A stretch of 55,172 nucleotides of DNA from positions 1 to 55,172 of the IMG/VR virus record IMGVR_UViG_3300044982_000113. The stretch is one strand, 5' to 3'. This DNA comes from a virus. Lineage: Duplodnaviria > Caudoviricetes. Positions 18,265-28,999 of this stretch are shown here, in pieces (positions within the stretch are counted from its first letter, which is position 1; each line of letters begins with the position of its first letter). A model generated the notes under the pieces. The model did not search any database. It had not been told where the DNA came from and worked only from the letters and a program-made list of their open reading frames with translations. The position numbers and the translations under genes were made by a program.

Positions 18265-18816
18265 ATGACCGCGAACCGTTCGGGTAACCCCGCCAAGCGC
18301 AACACCGCAAAGCCCACGAGTGTCTCGGCCTGGAAGAAGAACAACGAGGTCCCGCTCCACCAGCTGCCGTCGGGGAACTACATCCGCATCCGCAAGATCG
18401 GAATGCAGGGGTTCATGAAGCTGGGGATGATCCCCAATGCGTTGATGCCCTTCATAGAAAAGGGCGTGAACAAGGGCAAGGGTGCCGCGCCGGCGCCCAA
18501 CGAGCTGGACGGCGAGATGATGGCCTCCATGCTCACGGACCAGAACGCCCTTCGAGAAATGGCCGAGTTCTTCGACAAGATGGTCGTCGCGGTCTGCGCC
18601 GAACCCACCGTCGCCCTGATCCCCATGAAGAACGGTGAGGAGCTGGAGCGCGATCCCGACCAGCTCTACGTCGATGAGATCGACGAGGAAGACAAGTCCT
18701 TCATCTTCCAGCTCTGCACGGGAGGTACGACTGACGTCGAGCAGTTTCGTGCAGAACGGGACAGCGCTATGGAACTTGTACAGGGACTCCCAGACCTTCA
18801 GCTGCCGACCGAGTGA
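18265..18816 (+). CDS. Tail assembly chaperone (G-like)
   Basis: Synteny; 'LYVDEIDEEDKSFIF' motif. Confidence 0.8.
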   Translation: MTANRSGNPAKRNTAKPTSVSAWKKNNEVPLHQLPSGNYIRIRKIGMQGFMKLGMIPNALMPFIEKGVNKGKGAAPAPNELDGEMMASMLTDQNALREMAEFFDKMVVAVCAEPTVALIPMKNGEELERDPDQLYVDEIDEEDKSFIFQLCTGGTTDVEQFRAERDSAMELVQGLPDLQLPTE

Positions 18817-19036
18817 CCTGATGGGTGTGGAGGATGACTATGTCGCCTTCTGCCTTGACCAGGCCGCAGCTTACTGGGGTCGCAGCATTGAGATCGAGCT
18901 CGATGGTGTGGAAGACCCAGACCCCCGAATGGCCGAGTGGAAACGGCGAGCAATCCTCGATAGGTTCTTCGAGGGTGAAGAAGCTCCAGTTCGACCCGGC
19001 AAATTTGCCGATCCCATGCAGTTCTTGAATAAGTAG
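18746..19036 (+). CDS. Tail assembly chaperone extension (T-like), probably reached by a +1 frameshift
   Basis: +1 frame open from 18635; TTT_CGT at 18745; alternative ATG at 18821 lacks a clear RBS. Confidence 0.65.
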   Translation, partial: FVQNGTALWNLYRDSQTFSCRPSDLMGVEDDYVAFCLDQAAAYWGRSIEIELDGVEDPDPRMAEWKRRAILDRFFEGEEAPVRPGKFADPMQFLNK

Positions 19037-19047
19037 AGGGAGGACCG

Positions 19048-21891
19048 ATGGCAGGATCGCTTGGGACCATATCTGGTCAGGTACGACTTGATGCCGCCCA
19101 GGCTATTGCTGCCTTCGCCGCGATAAGGGCTTCTAGTGCTGAGACATCTGGTGCCCTGGATGCTGCGGGTGGTTCTCTAAAGAAAGTCGGCACCATAACC
19201 ATGGGTGCCGGTCTGGCGATGCTCGCTGGGTTCGGAGTTGCGGTAAAGGCTGCCGCAGACTTCGACACCAAGATGAGCTACGTTCAGGCCGTCACCCATG
19301 ATAGTGGCGCGGAGATGGATGAGGTCCGTAACAAGGCCATGGAACTGGGTAAGACTGGCCAGTTCTCCGCGGGACAGATAGCCGACGGTTTCGTAGACCT
19401 CGCCAAGGCGGGTGTCACCACGAAGCAGATGATCGGCGGTATGGCCGATGCCATGGTTAACCTGGCTTCCGCTGCAGTAGTCCCATTGGATACTGCGGTT
19501 GATGACCTGGTCGGGGTTATCCATACCTACGGACTTAGCAACACCGATGCCGCTCACGTCTCCGACGTGCTGACTGGCGCGATGCACTCCTCGGTGCTGA
19601 CCCTGAACGACATTACCCAGACGATGAAGTACGCTGGTTCCGTCGCGCACTCCCTGGGTATCTCCCTTGACAGTACGGCTACCGCCACCGCCCTATTGGG
19701 TAAGGCAGGCATCGTCGGCTCCTCAGCTGGTACTCAGCTTCGACAGATCATGCTGGACCTCGGCGGCGCGACCAAGCCCGCTAAGGCTGAGCTCCAGTCG
19801 CTGGGCATCATCACCAAGTCCGGCGCTAACGAGTTCTTCACCTCTGCCGGCAAGGCCAAGGACCTCGCAAGTGTCTTTCAGATCTTGCAGGACAAGACCA
19901 AGAACCTAACCTCAGAGCAGCAGTTGATGGCCTTCAAGACCATCTTCAATAGTCGCGCGGTTGCTGCTACTGAGATCTTGACCAAGGCTGGAGCATCTGG
20001 CTTCGATCAGATGGCTGCCTCGATCCAGAAGACCACCGCAGCATCTGTCGCCGCCGAGAAGTTGAACAACCTTAACGGCGATATCCAGAAGCTTAAGGGT
20101 TCCATCGACACCATGCTCATCGGTGCCGGTCAGCCCATGCAGAAGTACATGCGTGACTTGGTACAGACCATCACCAAGGTGATCAACACCTTCATCTCGA
20201 TGCCTGCTGGGGTTCAAGAGTCGATCATCGCATTCCTGGGTATAGCTGGTGCTGCGCTTACCCTGATCGGCGCCATTGTTCTCATCGGTGGCACGGTCAT
20301 CAAGTTCATCGGGATAGTTCGCCAAACCATCGCCGCATTCCGGCTCTTCGTATCGATGTTGAACTTCGTCAAGGTCGCCATGTCCGAGACAATGATCAGC
20401 TTCATGACGAACCCGATTGTCCTGGTGGTGATAGCTGTAGTTGCGCTGGCAATCGCCTTCTACGAGCTGTACCAACACTGCAAGACTTTCCGCGACATCA
20501 TCAACGACATTGGTAAGACCATAGCCTCTGGATTCATGGATGCGATCCACTGGTTTGCTGGGTTGCCGAAGTTCTTCGAGGACGTCTGGACGGACATCAG
20601 CGGTTGGTTTGAGACGGGTGTGGGATGGGTTAAGAAGAACTGGGACATTCTCCTAGCCATCTTCCTGGGACCCATTGGGATCATCATCCTGATCATCCAC
20701 CGGTTCGGTGGCACTATCCTGGATTTCTTCAAGGAGATACCAGCTGAGGTAGTTGGTTGGCTCAGTACGGCATGGAGTGCCTTCACCAGCTTCATGACTA
20801 ACCTACCCGACAAGATAGCCTATGCCATTGGGTTCATCCTCGGGTACATCATCCGACTGCACATCGAAGCTGCCGAGGAACTGGGCAAGCTGGCGGTGGA
20901 TGCCTGGAATGCCATCGAGAGTTTCTTCGAGAAACTGCCCGGTGAGATCGAGAACTGGCTTCAGGAAGCATACAACAACATCGTCAAGTGGGGCGATGAA
21001 TCCGGCGATGACATAGCCGACTTCGCCGAAACCGCCTTCAACGATGTGGTTAAGTGGTTCGAGCAACTGCCTGGACGCATCGCCTCGTTCTTCGAGGACA
21101 TGTACAACAAGGGCAAGGAAGAGCTGGATAAGTTTGCCTCGGAGTCTGAGCACTTTGGGGTAACCGTCTTTGACGACATTGTCAGCTTCTTCGAGAAGTT
21201 GCCGGGTGAGACGGTCAAGTTCTTCGAGGCCATGTACAATGATGCCAAGGGTGCTTTCAACACCTTCATCAACGGAGCTAAGAGCTTCGGTAGTACGGTG
21301 TACAATGACATCACCGGTTTCTTGACCAAGCTTCCGGGTATGATCAGTAACATCGTGGGTGAATGCATCAGCGCCTTCAAGCAGGCGGCGGGACAAGCCT
21401 TCGATGCGGTGAAGGGTTTCGCCAGCAGTATGTGGAACGGTTTCAAGAAGGGCTTGGGTATCAATTCGCCCTCGCTGATCGAGAAGCAAATGGTCCAGAT
21501 CACCTCAGTCTGCCAGACTGAAACCACCAAGCTGAAGGGCCACGTTCAGGTCCTCCAAGGTCTCTCTGCTCAGATCACCAAGGCCGACCCCAGCAAGGCA
21601 GCTTCTACAGTTACTACCAACACCATCAAGTCTCTCACAACCGGCATGACCCAGCAGGCTGCCTTGCTCAAGCAGGCGGCGATCAAGTCTGGGTTGATGT
21701 CAGCGAATGGGTCGGCAATGGCCGCTGCGGGCCTGCCTGCGAGTGCGGCCTCAGCTATGCCTGGGACGGGCCTGACGAGCTCCACGAGTCAGTCGGGTAT
21801 CACATTCAATGTCTACAACCCGGTTGCTGAAAAATCATCCGATACGGCCGCACGGAAGCTGCGGACCCTTACCAGCTTGGGGGCTTTCTGA
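19048..21891 (+). CDS. Tape measure protein (TP901-type core)
   Basis: 947 aa; 'AADFDTKMSYVQAV' and 'GIVGSSAGTQLR' motifs; aromatic repeats. Confidence 0.95.
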   Translation: MAGSLGTISGQVRLDAAQAIAAFAAIRASSAETSGALDAAGGSLKKVGTITMGAGLAMLAGFGVAVKAAADFDTKMSYVQAVTHDSGAEMDEVRNKAMELGKTGQFSAGQIADGFVDLAKAGVTTKQMIGGMADAMVNLASAAVVPLDTAVDDLVGVIHTYGLSNTDAAHVSDVLTGAMHSSVLTLNDITQTMKYAGSVAHSLGISLDSTATATALLGKAGIVGSSAGTQLRQIMLDLGGATKPAKAELQSLGIITKSGANEFFTSAGKAKDLASVFQILQDKTKNLTSEQQLMAFKTIFNSRAVAATEILTKAGASGFDQMAASIQKTTAASVAAEKLNNLNGDIQKLKGSIDTMLIGAGQPMQKYMRDLVQTITKVINTFISMPAGVQESIIAFLGIAGAALTLIGAIVLIGGTVIKFIGIVRQTIAAFRLFVSMLNFVKVAMSETMISFMTNPIVLVVIAVVALAIAFYELYQHCKTFRDIINDIGKTIASGFMDAIHWFAGLPKFFEDVWTDISGWFETGVGWVKKNWDILLAIFLGPIGIIILIIHRFGGTILDFFKEIPAEVVGWLSTAWSAFTSFMTNLPDKIAYAIGFILGYIIRLHIEAAEELGKLAVDAWNAIESFFEKLPGEIENWLQEAYNNIVKWGDESGDDIADFAETAFNDVVKWFEQLPGRIASFFEDMYNKGKEELDKFASESEHFGVTVFDDIVSFFEKLPGETVKFFEAMYNDAKGAFNTFINGAKSFGSTVYNDITGFLTKLPGMISNIVGECISAFKQAAGQAFDAVKGFASSMWNGFKKGLGINSPSLIEKQMVQITSVCQTETTKLKGHVQVLQGLSAQITKADPSKAASTVTTNTIKSLTTGMTQQAALLKQAAIKSGLMSANGSAMAAAGLPASAASAMPGTGLTSSTSQSGITFNVYNPVAEKSSDTAARKLRTLTSLGAF

Positions 21892-22757
21892 TGACAGTAA
21901 CAACTGCCGAAACCCTTACCGCGGGCGGGGTAGTGCTCAATACCCTGGCCATGAACATCGAGAGCTTGACGGGGCGATTGACCGTTGCTCCGATCAGGAC
22001 TGACAACCTGCTGGTCCCGGGTCGACATGGTCGGCTGAGGACTACGACCAAGTACTACGAAGAGGGTCAGATCACCCTGCCGATGTGGGTGCTGGGTTGT
22101 GATGCCAACGGGGGTGTACCGAGTGACCCCCGATCCCAGTTCTACACCAACCTCGACACCCTGACCTCACTGTTCCGGCCGGGCGATGGCATGGTGGACT
22201 TGGTCCACACGCTGCCTGACTTGACCCAGCGAGAGGCCCTGTGCGAGGTCACGGATGTGATCGACTTCTCCTCGATGGCTTACGGAGTACCGTATGCCAA
22301 GTTCTCAGTGGCCATGAGGGTTCCGGATGCATTCTGGCAGGAGCCGGATCTTCTGTCCATCACTCTGCCGGCAAACTTCTCGGGTCAGATCACCCAGTTG
22401 ACCGGCACCACGGCACCGATCGTGGACAGCATCTTCGAGATCACCGGCCCGACATCGAATATCGTAGTTGAGTCACTGTTCAACGGATCTACCCTCGAGA
22501 ACCAGGACTACTTCACTTACACCGGATCGATACCCGCCGGCAAGACCCTGACGGTGAACTGTGGTACCTGGCAGCTGACCGGCAGTTCGGGATTTACTCC
22601 CAACTATGCCGACTTCTCTCACAACGGTCCACCTCGTTGGTTGACTCTGGTTGCTGGGTTGACCGGCTTCGGACCTGAACTTGAGATCGTGACCTCGGGT
22701 TCAACTGGTGCAACCAAGGTAGTTCTGCAGGCTCGACGGAAGTTCTTGGTGGGCTGA
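21891..22757 (+). CDS. Distal tail protein
   Basis: Immediately after tape measure; 'VPGRHG' motif. Confidence 0.8.
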   Translation: MTVTTAETLTAGGVVLNTLAMNIESLTGRLTVAPIRTDNLLVPGRHGRLRTTTKYYEEGQITLPMWVLGCDANGGVPSDPRSQFYTNLDTLTSLFRPGDGMVDLVHTLPDLTQREALCEVTDVIDFSSMAYGVPYAKFSVAMRVPDAFWQEPDLLSITLPANFSGQITQLTGTTAPIVDSIFEITGPTSNIVVESLFNGSTLENQDYFTYTGSIPAGKTLTVNCGTWQLTGSSGFTPNYADFSHNGPPRWLTLVAGLTGFGPELEIVTSGSTGATKVVLQARRKFLVG

Positions 22758-25700
22758 TGTCTGCACCTTCAGTAGTTCTCAGGACAGTCAACCCCGATGG
22801 ATCGCTGGATCAATATCTGCCGGATCCTCAGGGGCTAGACATCTCATCGGTGTTCTCAGACTGCGGCACCATCTCGCTGAAGTACCCATCCTACGGCATC
22901 AACTTCAACCTGTTGAAGGACGATGTCGAACTCGCGGTCATCGTCGATGGTGTGGAATACCTCCCCATGCGGTCGAAGATTGAGCAGATCGAAGGTGATG
23001 ACGCCAGTGAAGATGGTGGTTCTGGCACGGCATTTCTCTGGACATACACCTGCCGAACATTGGCTGGAAGACTTCAGGAAGCGGTGGTCTACCCCAGTCT
23101 CTGGACGATCACACCGGTACTCCCAGACCCAGCCCAGATCAGTTTCACCGCAGCCACTCCCGGCTCTATCCTCATCACTCTCTTTGAGGCCGCTCAGTCC
23201 CGAGGAGCACTGCAGTGGTTGAGTTGGAACTTCACTTCCACACATGACTCCAATGGAGTCGAATGGGGTTCCACCTTCGACATTCAGTTCAGCATTGGGA
23301 CTGACTACTACACCGCGGTGATGGACCTGGTTCAGGCTAACGGCATGGACTTCAAGTTCATGGGTCGACAGATGAACGCGTTCAACGTGGGTACTTTGTC
23401 GACCGATCGGACGGTGACCAATCCTCCCCTAGTCTTCACCAAGGGCCGGGACATGGAGGAGTCACCGCGTAAACTGTCGACTCGTGACCTCGCCACCGCC
23501 ATCCTCGTGGTCGGCGACAACAACATCTTCTCTGAGCGGGTCTCTGATGAATCCTTCATAGACCTCTGGGGACGTAGGGAGTCTTACCAATCCCTCGACA
23601 ACATCACCACTGTAGCTTCCCTTGAGGAATACGGTGATGAGTTGCTGGCGACTGCCAACGTAGAACTTCAAGAGATCACTCACTCACTGTACTTTCAGGT
23701 AGATGAGAATCCCCAGCCAATCCGAGACTTTGAGGTTGGGGACTGGGCTTACAGTGATGTGGGCTATGGTCCTGAACGGCACCGCATCATCCAGTGGGTA
23801 TTCAGCCTCGACCAGCAGGACAACAGCGACAACTTCGAGGGCAGTGTTACCCTCAACGACCTGGTTGATGAGCAGATCACCAAGTTGAACAACCGCATCA
23901 ACGCGTTGCAGAATGGTAGTACTGGAGTCGGTGCATCTACTACCGTCGACGATGGCAAGAACCCCTCAGTACCCACCGGAATCGTGCTCAGTTCTACTGC
24001 GTACCTCGACGTCAGTTCGGCCAAGGCGATCCTGGATATCGTCTGGAACCCAGTCATCACCAACAGCGATGGCTCGGTGTGCAGTGACATCGAGGGCTAC
24101 AACATCAGGTGGCAGTACACGACCGACAGTTTCTGGCGACAGTCGGTGTCGGTAGGATCTGATCAGAGCACTATCTCCTTCGATGGGTTGAACCCCAACT
24201 CTGGAGTTAATGTTCAGATCCAGGCTGCCAACACCTGGGGTCGAGTCGGCGCCTGGTCGTCTAGTGTGGAAGAGACCACCGCCGGCGATACCGTGCCGCC
24301 GAATCAGCCGTCCTCGCCCACGGTCAACTCGGTTGTAGGTACCCTTAGAGTTCAGTGGGATGGTCTCGACTATACTGAGACTCCCCTCGCTGCTGACTGC
24401 ACTGGTGTACAAGTTCACATCAGTAGTACTGGTGGTAGCTTCACTCCCACAACGTCGACTCAGATTGATTTCCTGCCGCCAGGGTCGCCGATAGCCACGA
24501 CTCTGACAACAAGTCAGGGATTGACCTATGGAACTCAGTACTGGGTCAAGCTAGTAGCAATCGATACTTCTGGCAACGTCAGTACTCCCTCCGCTACCAC
24601 GGCTAACAGTACTGCGATCCTGATCCAGCTGATTCAGGTTGAAATCGGCACAGGTCAGGTTGGTTTGGCCAACACAACGTTCAGCGACGTTGGTAACTTG
24701 GCTGACGACGGCAGCTTCGAGAATGCCACGGTGAGGGCTACTCGATCTGCCACTTCGGTGGGCACACACTTCAGTTGGGATAACACAACCTCCTCGAATG
24801 GTACTTGGTCGTTGAGGCATGACTGGTTTGCAGCGGGCGCGACGATCGAGCGCATGCTGATCCAGGGAGCACTTCCGGTGAAGCCTGGGGAGCGCGTGTT
24901 CGGTGCGTGCGACTATCGCTACACTTCTGACAATCCCACTGGCTCGGTTGTAACCCTATCGATCAAGTGGATCGACAAGTCGGGGAACTACCTCGACAAC
25001 ACGGGTGCCATCAACAACGTTCACTATGACCTGTCAACCAACACTGACACGGCTGCAGATAACGCTTGGCATGAGCGAGTTGCCAGCGTATCTCAGCAGG
25101 CGCCGCCCAACGTCACCACGATGGAGATCTGGGCTTTCACGGCCAACCGTACAGCCGGCACCATCTGGATGGATGCGGTCGAGGTCAGGCGGCAGATAGA
25201 TACTCTGCTGATCGGTACCGCCGCAATCACCACAGCTCTCATCGCTAACCTGGCGGTGAATGATGCTCAGATCGGAAGTGTCTCTGCCGGCAAGATCACG
25301 GTCGGTACACTGGCTGCTGATGTGGTGGTGGGTGCCAGGATCAAGACTGCTGACACCGGTGCTCGAGTTGAGTTGAACTCGGGAGGCATTGGGGCATGGG
25401 ACAACTCGGGTAACCAGACGGTAGAGGTAGCCGCTTCCACTGGGTATGTATCGATCATCGGTACCCTGACCTCCGGGGCCGGTAGTAAGAAGATCGTGGT
25501 CAACCCTAATGACAGTGGAATTCTACCTGAGATCAGGTTCTACCCAACCTCAAGCGGCACCAACTACGGGTTCATCAACGCGGTCGACTCGAGTGATGGA
25601 ACTCAGGCTTACCTGGGCATGAACGGGGGTCAATTCACAAGCCTGGGTGAGACCTCTTCTCAGCGAGCCTACATGTATACTTCCGGGATGAGTTATGAAT

Positions 25701-26158
25701 ACATCCGGGCTGATACCCAGGCACAGTGGGGTGGAGGGCTGTACATCGATGACAATGCGGTGTACCTGGACATCACCACCACCGCTCAAAGCGGTTTCGT
25801 CGAGCTGACCACAACCGGTGCTTTCTTCGGGTGGAATGGTGCTACTTCCACTGATGCCGGTATCAACTTCTACAATGACAGCACCATCCAGTTCACCGGT
25901 ACCTTCGAGAACTATGCCTCGGCTAACAGCAACGATGGTACCTTCACTGGGTTGGTTGGTACTGGAAGTGGGGTCTCATCAACCTCCTTCGGTTACGGTG
26001 CCACGATGCTCGGTGCACTTGGGTGTGGAGGTACCCTTGTCCGGTCGGCGGGAGTTACTTCCTTCTGCATAACCGCGGCCAGTTCCACCGGTTTTACTGC
26101 TAGCTACGGAGCTACTACAACGGGAACCTTTGTCATCTGGACCTACCGATGCACATGA
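22757..26158 (+). CDS. Minor tail / central fibre protein (Tal-like N-terminus, FN3 and CBM-like domains)
   Basis: 1133 aa; FN3 patterns 'PSVPTGI..W..' and 'YWVKLVAIDTSGNVS'; 'NLADDGSFE'. Confidence 0.85.
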   Translation: MSAPSVVLRTVNPDGSLDQYLPDPQGLDISSVFSDCGTISLKYPSYGINFNLLKDDVELAVIVDGVEYLPMRSKIEQIEGDDASEDGGSGTAFLWTYTCRTLAGRLQEAVVYPSLWTITPVLPDPAQISFTAATPGSILITLFEAAQSRGALQWLSWNFTSTHDSNGVEWGSTFDIQFSIGTDYYTAVMDLVQANGMDFKFMGRQMNAFNVGTLSTDRTVTNPPLVFTKGRDMEESPRKLSTRDLATAILVVGDNNIFSERVSDESFIDLWGRRESYQSLDNITTVASLEEYGDELLATANVELQEITHSLYFQVDENPQPIRDFEVGDWAYSDVGYGPERHRIIQWVFSLDQQDNSDNFEGSVTLNDLVDEQITKLNNRINALQNGSTGVGASTTVDDGKNPSVPTGIVLSSTAYLDVSSAKAILDIVWNPVITNSDGSVCSDIEGYNIRWQYTTDSFWRQSVSVGSDQSTISFDGLNPNSGVNVQIQAANTWGRVGAWSSSVEETTAGDTVPPNQPSSPTVNSVVGTLRVQWDGLDYTETPLAADCTGVQVHISSTGGSFTPTTSTQIDFLPPGSPIATTLTTSQGLTYGTQYWVKLVAIDTSGNVSTPSATTANSTAILIQLIQVEIGTGQVGLANTTFSDVGNLADDGSFENATVRATRSATSVGTHFSWDNTTSSNGTWSLRHDWFAAGATIERMLIQGALPVKPGERVFGACDYRYTSDNPTGSVVTLSIKWIDKSGNYLDNTGAINNVHYDLSTNTDTAADNAWHERVASVSQQAPPNVTTMEIWAFTANRTAGTIWMDAVEVRRQIDTLLIGTAAITTALIANLAVNDAQIGSVSAGKITVGTLAADVVVGARIKTADTGARVELNSGGIGAWDNSGNQTVEVAASTGYVSIIGTLTSGAGSKKIVVNPNDSGILPEIRFYPTSSGTNYGFINAVDSSDGTQAYLGMNGGQFTSLGETSSQRAYMYTSGMSYEYIRADTQAQWGGGLYIDDNAVYLDITTTAQSGFVELTTTGAFFGWNGATSTDAGINFYNDSTIQFTGTFENYASANSNDGTFTGLVGTGSGVSSTSFGYGATMLGALGCGGTLVRSAGVTSFCITAASSTGFTASYGATTTGTFVIWTYRCT

Positions 26159-26168
26159 GAGGGAAGAT

Positions 26169-26819
26169 ATGGCACTCCGATCTCACCTGGTAACCCAGGT
26201 CGATCAGGTTATGAACGGGGGTAATGCAGCTTGGGCGGTTCATCAGCAACTTCCCGAAGGCACAATCCACTGCACCAACTTCCCGATCGACACGATTGAA
26301 CATCGTGCTGCCGAGTACGGGTTCGACATTTCCACACCCGAGACTAGAGCTGTGGTTATCGATCTGATACTTCATGAGCCTTGGATGCCGGCGGTCGATC
26401 CTATGGCTCTCTGGCGATCAGGTCAGGGTAAGTCCCTGCCTGAAGATGAGATTCATCTCTGGAATGCGCCGAGTGTAGCGGCGGCTAAGGCAGCATACCT
26501 GGAGAAGTTGGCAACCACCAAGAAGAACCTGGTGCTGGTGATGTGGCCCAAGACAACCGAGGCCATGCATCCGATGCTCAAGCAACTGGTGTCTCATGAA
26601 GGCACTCAGGCTGGTGTGGATGACAAGCGCCGTCGGGTTCTGGCGATCCGTCACAGCTTTGGCCTCGAGTCCGGTTTGACCATAGATCAGCGCCGGCCGA
26701 GTAAGCAAACGGCAGCTCATCAGTTTGCCCCGAAGATACCTGAGATTGAAGCTCGTCGACTCAAGCTTGCCGGCGCAGCTAACACTCTCGAGATAGCCAA
26801 GAGCAACGGGAATCAGTGA
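26169..26819 (+). CDS. Hypothetical tail-associated protein
   Basis: RBS GAGGG; follows the tail gene. Confidence 0.7.
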   Translation: MALRSHLVTQVDQVMNGGNAAWAVHQQLPEGTIHCTNFPIDTIEHRAAEYGFDISTPETRAVVIDLILHEPWMPAVDPMALWRSGQGKSLPEDEIHLWNAPSVAAAKAAYLEKLATTKKNLVLVMWPKTTEAMHPMLKQLVSHEGTQAGVDDKRRRVLAIRHSFGLESGLTIDQRRPSKQTAAHQFAPKIPEIEARRLKLAGAANTLEIAKSNGNQ

Positions 26820-26893
26820 TCTTCTGACCCTTTCGAAGAATGCCAAACTGTTGATATTATCATACGAGTTAACTCCTCAGAAAGGAATTGGGA

Positions 26894-27079
26894 ATGGCCG
26901 GTATTGCCGTCGATCCGAACCGGGTCATAGAGGTCTACAAGACCAAGCTTGCCGAGGCAACCGAGGAAAACATCCTGGTCACCGCGGCGATCAACCAGCT
27001 CTCGGCTCGATGCGAGGAGTTGGAGTCGGAGAACCAGCGGCTGACCGAGCAGCTCACCGAGCCCGATTCACAGGGTTAG
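26894..27079 (+). CDS. Small coiled-coil protein
   Basis: RBS AAAGGA. Confidence 0.7.
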   Translation: MAGIAVDPNRVIEVYKTKLAEATEENILVTAAINQLSARCEELESENQRLTEQLTEPDSQG

Positions 27080-27097
27080 TACAATCTGAGGTAAGAG

Positions 27098-27418
27098 ATG
27101 AACTCCACGCCCCAACTCCTTGAGCTTCTCTTGGGGTCGACCAGTCTTCCACTTCTGGCGGTTGCACTGATACTGAAGGGCAATCTCCTACCTCGGAAGA
27201 CCCACGAAGAACAGATCAAAGATAAGGAAGACCAGATAAAGTATCTCCAGATCGCACTGAATCGGGAGATAGCCCGCAATGATGAACTTAACCGTCAGAA
27301 TGGGAGACTCATGGAAGTCGGTCGTACGACCGAACACATAGTCAGAAGCCTCCCCATCGCCGCGGTTGGGAGTGACAGTGCACTGGACTCGGCGTCATCG
27401 CAGACAACAATGTCATGA
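27098..27418 (+). CDS. Membrane plus coiled-coil lysis-region protein
   Basis: N-terminal TM helix and coiled coil. Confidence 0.7.
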   Translation: MNSTPQLLELLLGSTSLPLLAVALILKGNLLPRKTHEEQIKDKEDQIKYLQIALNREIARNDELNRQNGRLMEVGRTTEHIVRSLPIAAVGSDSALDSASSQTTMS

Positions 27419-27443
27419 GCCTTCGCCTGGTCTTCAGCATGCC

Positions 27444-27593
27444 ATGAGACAGGCAGAAGAAGCCGGTCAACGACTGGAGCGAGACAAGAGCAAGGCGCCG
27501 GAGGTCGAGAGGACATCTCGATCTTTGGCTGAGATCCGCAAGGAGAACCACTTCGCCGAGCGGATCAGAACAGCAATCGTGGGAGGTGGGTAA
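27444..27593 (+). CDS. Small lysis-cassette protein
   Basis: 'IRKENHFAERI' motif of the type seen in actinophage lysis regions; start uncertain. Confidence 0.55.
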   Translation: MRQAEEAGQRLERDKSKAPEVERTSRSLAEIRKENHFAERIRTAIVGGG

Positions 27594-27904
27594 TGGGCCT
27601 ACAGGTCAGTGAGTGGTTTGCCTTGGGTTCTGAGATCCTGGCCGCCCTCACCAGTTTCTTGTTCATCCTGGTGTATGCCATCTTGGCTGAGTGGCATAAG
27701 TCTATCGATGGCAAGCTGATGGTGTTGGTGGCTGCGGGGACCGGGCTCAAGTGCATATGCTCCATAGCCTTGACCGGCCACTGGGGTGACCCCGCTCTAG
27801 ACTGGCTTCGGGTCGGCAGCGCAATCTTCACACTGATGATCGGGTTGTTCTTCGGGGCAATGTCGACCAGGGTGTGGAACGCACAACTCGGAAAGGTTCG
27901 ATAA
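27593..27904 (+). CDS. Holin-like 3-TM membrane protein
   Basis: Three hydrophobic segments; directly before the endolysin. Confidence 0.65.
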   Translation: MGLQVSEWFALGSEILAALTSFLFILVYAILAEWHKSIDGKLMVLVAAGTGLKCICSIALTGHWGDPALDWLRVGSAIFTLMIGLFFGAMSTRVWNAQLGKVR

Positions 27905-27905
27905 C

Positions 27906-28682
27906 ATGGCACGTATGCCTGAGGCTACCTGGATAGGCCCCACACAGAACGAGGACACTGGCGGGATGCTTTCCCATCGAGGTCTCGTGCTGCACATCCA
28001 GGACGGTACCGAGTCAGGTACTGAGAGCTGGTTCAAGAACCCGTCTTCTCAGGCGAGTTCCCACTTCCTGAACCCGCGCAGTGGCGGCCTTCGTCAGATG
28101 GTCGACACGAACGACAAGGCATGGGCAGAGGCCAACGGCAACCAGTACTGGATCTCGATCGAAAACGAGGGCACGGGGTCTGACGCGCTCACCGCCTCGC
28201 AGATCGAGAACTGCGCGCAGCTGCTCGCCTGGCTGCACAAGACCTACAACGTCGAGTTGGTTTCTACTGATTCAGTCAACGGATACGGACTCGGATGGCA
28301 TGGCATGGGCGGTGTCGCCTGGGGCGATCACCCCAACTGTCCCGGTGACCCGATCAAGAACCAGCGGCCGGCAATCCTGGCTCGAGCCACCCAGTTGGTG
28401 GCGGGTACGACCTCGACCCCTGCGCCGGCAACCCCTGCTTTTCCCAAGGGACTCGCACCGAACAAGTCCAACCCCTCGGCCAAGGTTCTTCAGCAGATGC
28501 TGAAGGACACTCAGTGGATCCCGGCCTCGACCGTGCTCTCGGACAACTACGGACCCGTCACCCAGAAGGGGGTCGCTGGGTTCAACGCCAAGCATGGGTT
28601 CAACGATGCCGGCGTGAGCTACGATCCGGCGATCGGGCCGAAGGGCTGGGTCCTTCTTGCTGAGCTGGCCGGGTACCGCTGA
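27906..28682 (+). CDS. Endolysin: Amidase_2 plus peptidoglycan-binding domain
   Basis: VLH, SSHF, AWA, SIENEG and H..CPG motifs; C-terminal 'LQQML...YGPVT'. Confidence 0.9.
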   Translation: MARMPEATWIGPTQNEDTGGMLSHRGLVLHIQDGTESGTESWFKNPSSQASSHFLNPRSGGLRQMVDTNDKAWAEANGNQYWISIENEGTGSDALTASQIENCAQLLAWLHKTYNVELVSTDSVNGYGLGWHGMGGVAWGDHPNCPGDPIKNQRPAILARATQLVAGTTSTPAPATPAFPKGLAPNKSNPSAKVLQQMLKDTQWIPASTVLSDNYGPVTQKGVAGFNAKHGFNDAGVSYDPAIGPKGWVLLAELAGYR

Positions 28683-28936
28683 TGGCACCGGAGACGGTCG
28701 TCCTGAAGACGCGCACAGTTTTCTGGCGCGACTTGGCCGAGCGTACGATCAGCACCTTCATCCAAGGCGCCTTGGCCACTCTCGTGAGCTCACAGGTCAC
28801 AAGCTGGGGCGCGCTCAAGCAGGCGGGTGCATCAGTGATGATCGGCGGCATTGCCGCGGTTCTCGCGATGGCTAAGGGACTCATCGCCAGCAAGGTCAAC
28901 AACAGCAACTCAGCGAGCGCACTCGGCAAGATGTGA
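28682..28936 (+). CDS. Holin (r1t-like)
   Basis: 'FWRDLAERTISTFIQ' with two TM helices. Confidence 0.85.
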   Translation: MAPETVVLKTRTVFWRDLAERTISTFIQGALATLVSSQVTSWGALKQAGASVMIGGIAAVLAMAKGLIASKVNNSNSASALGKM

Positions 28937-28999
28937 CCATGGTGTGGAGGGGGTCTGGGGCAGCGCTCCCTCCACACTTTGCCTACAACAGGAGGGGCC

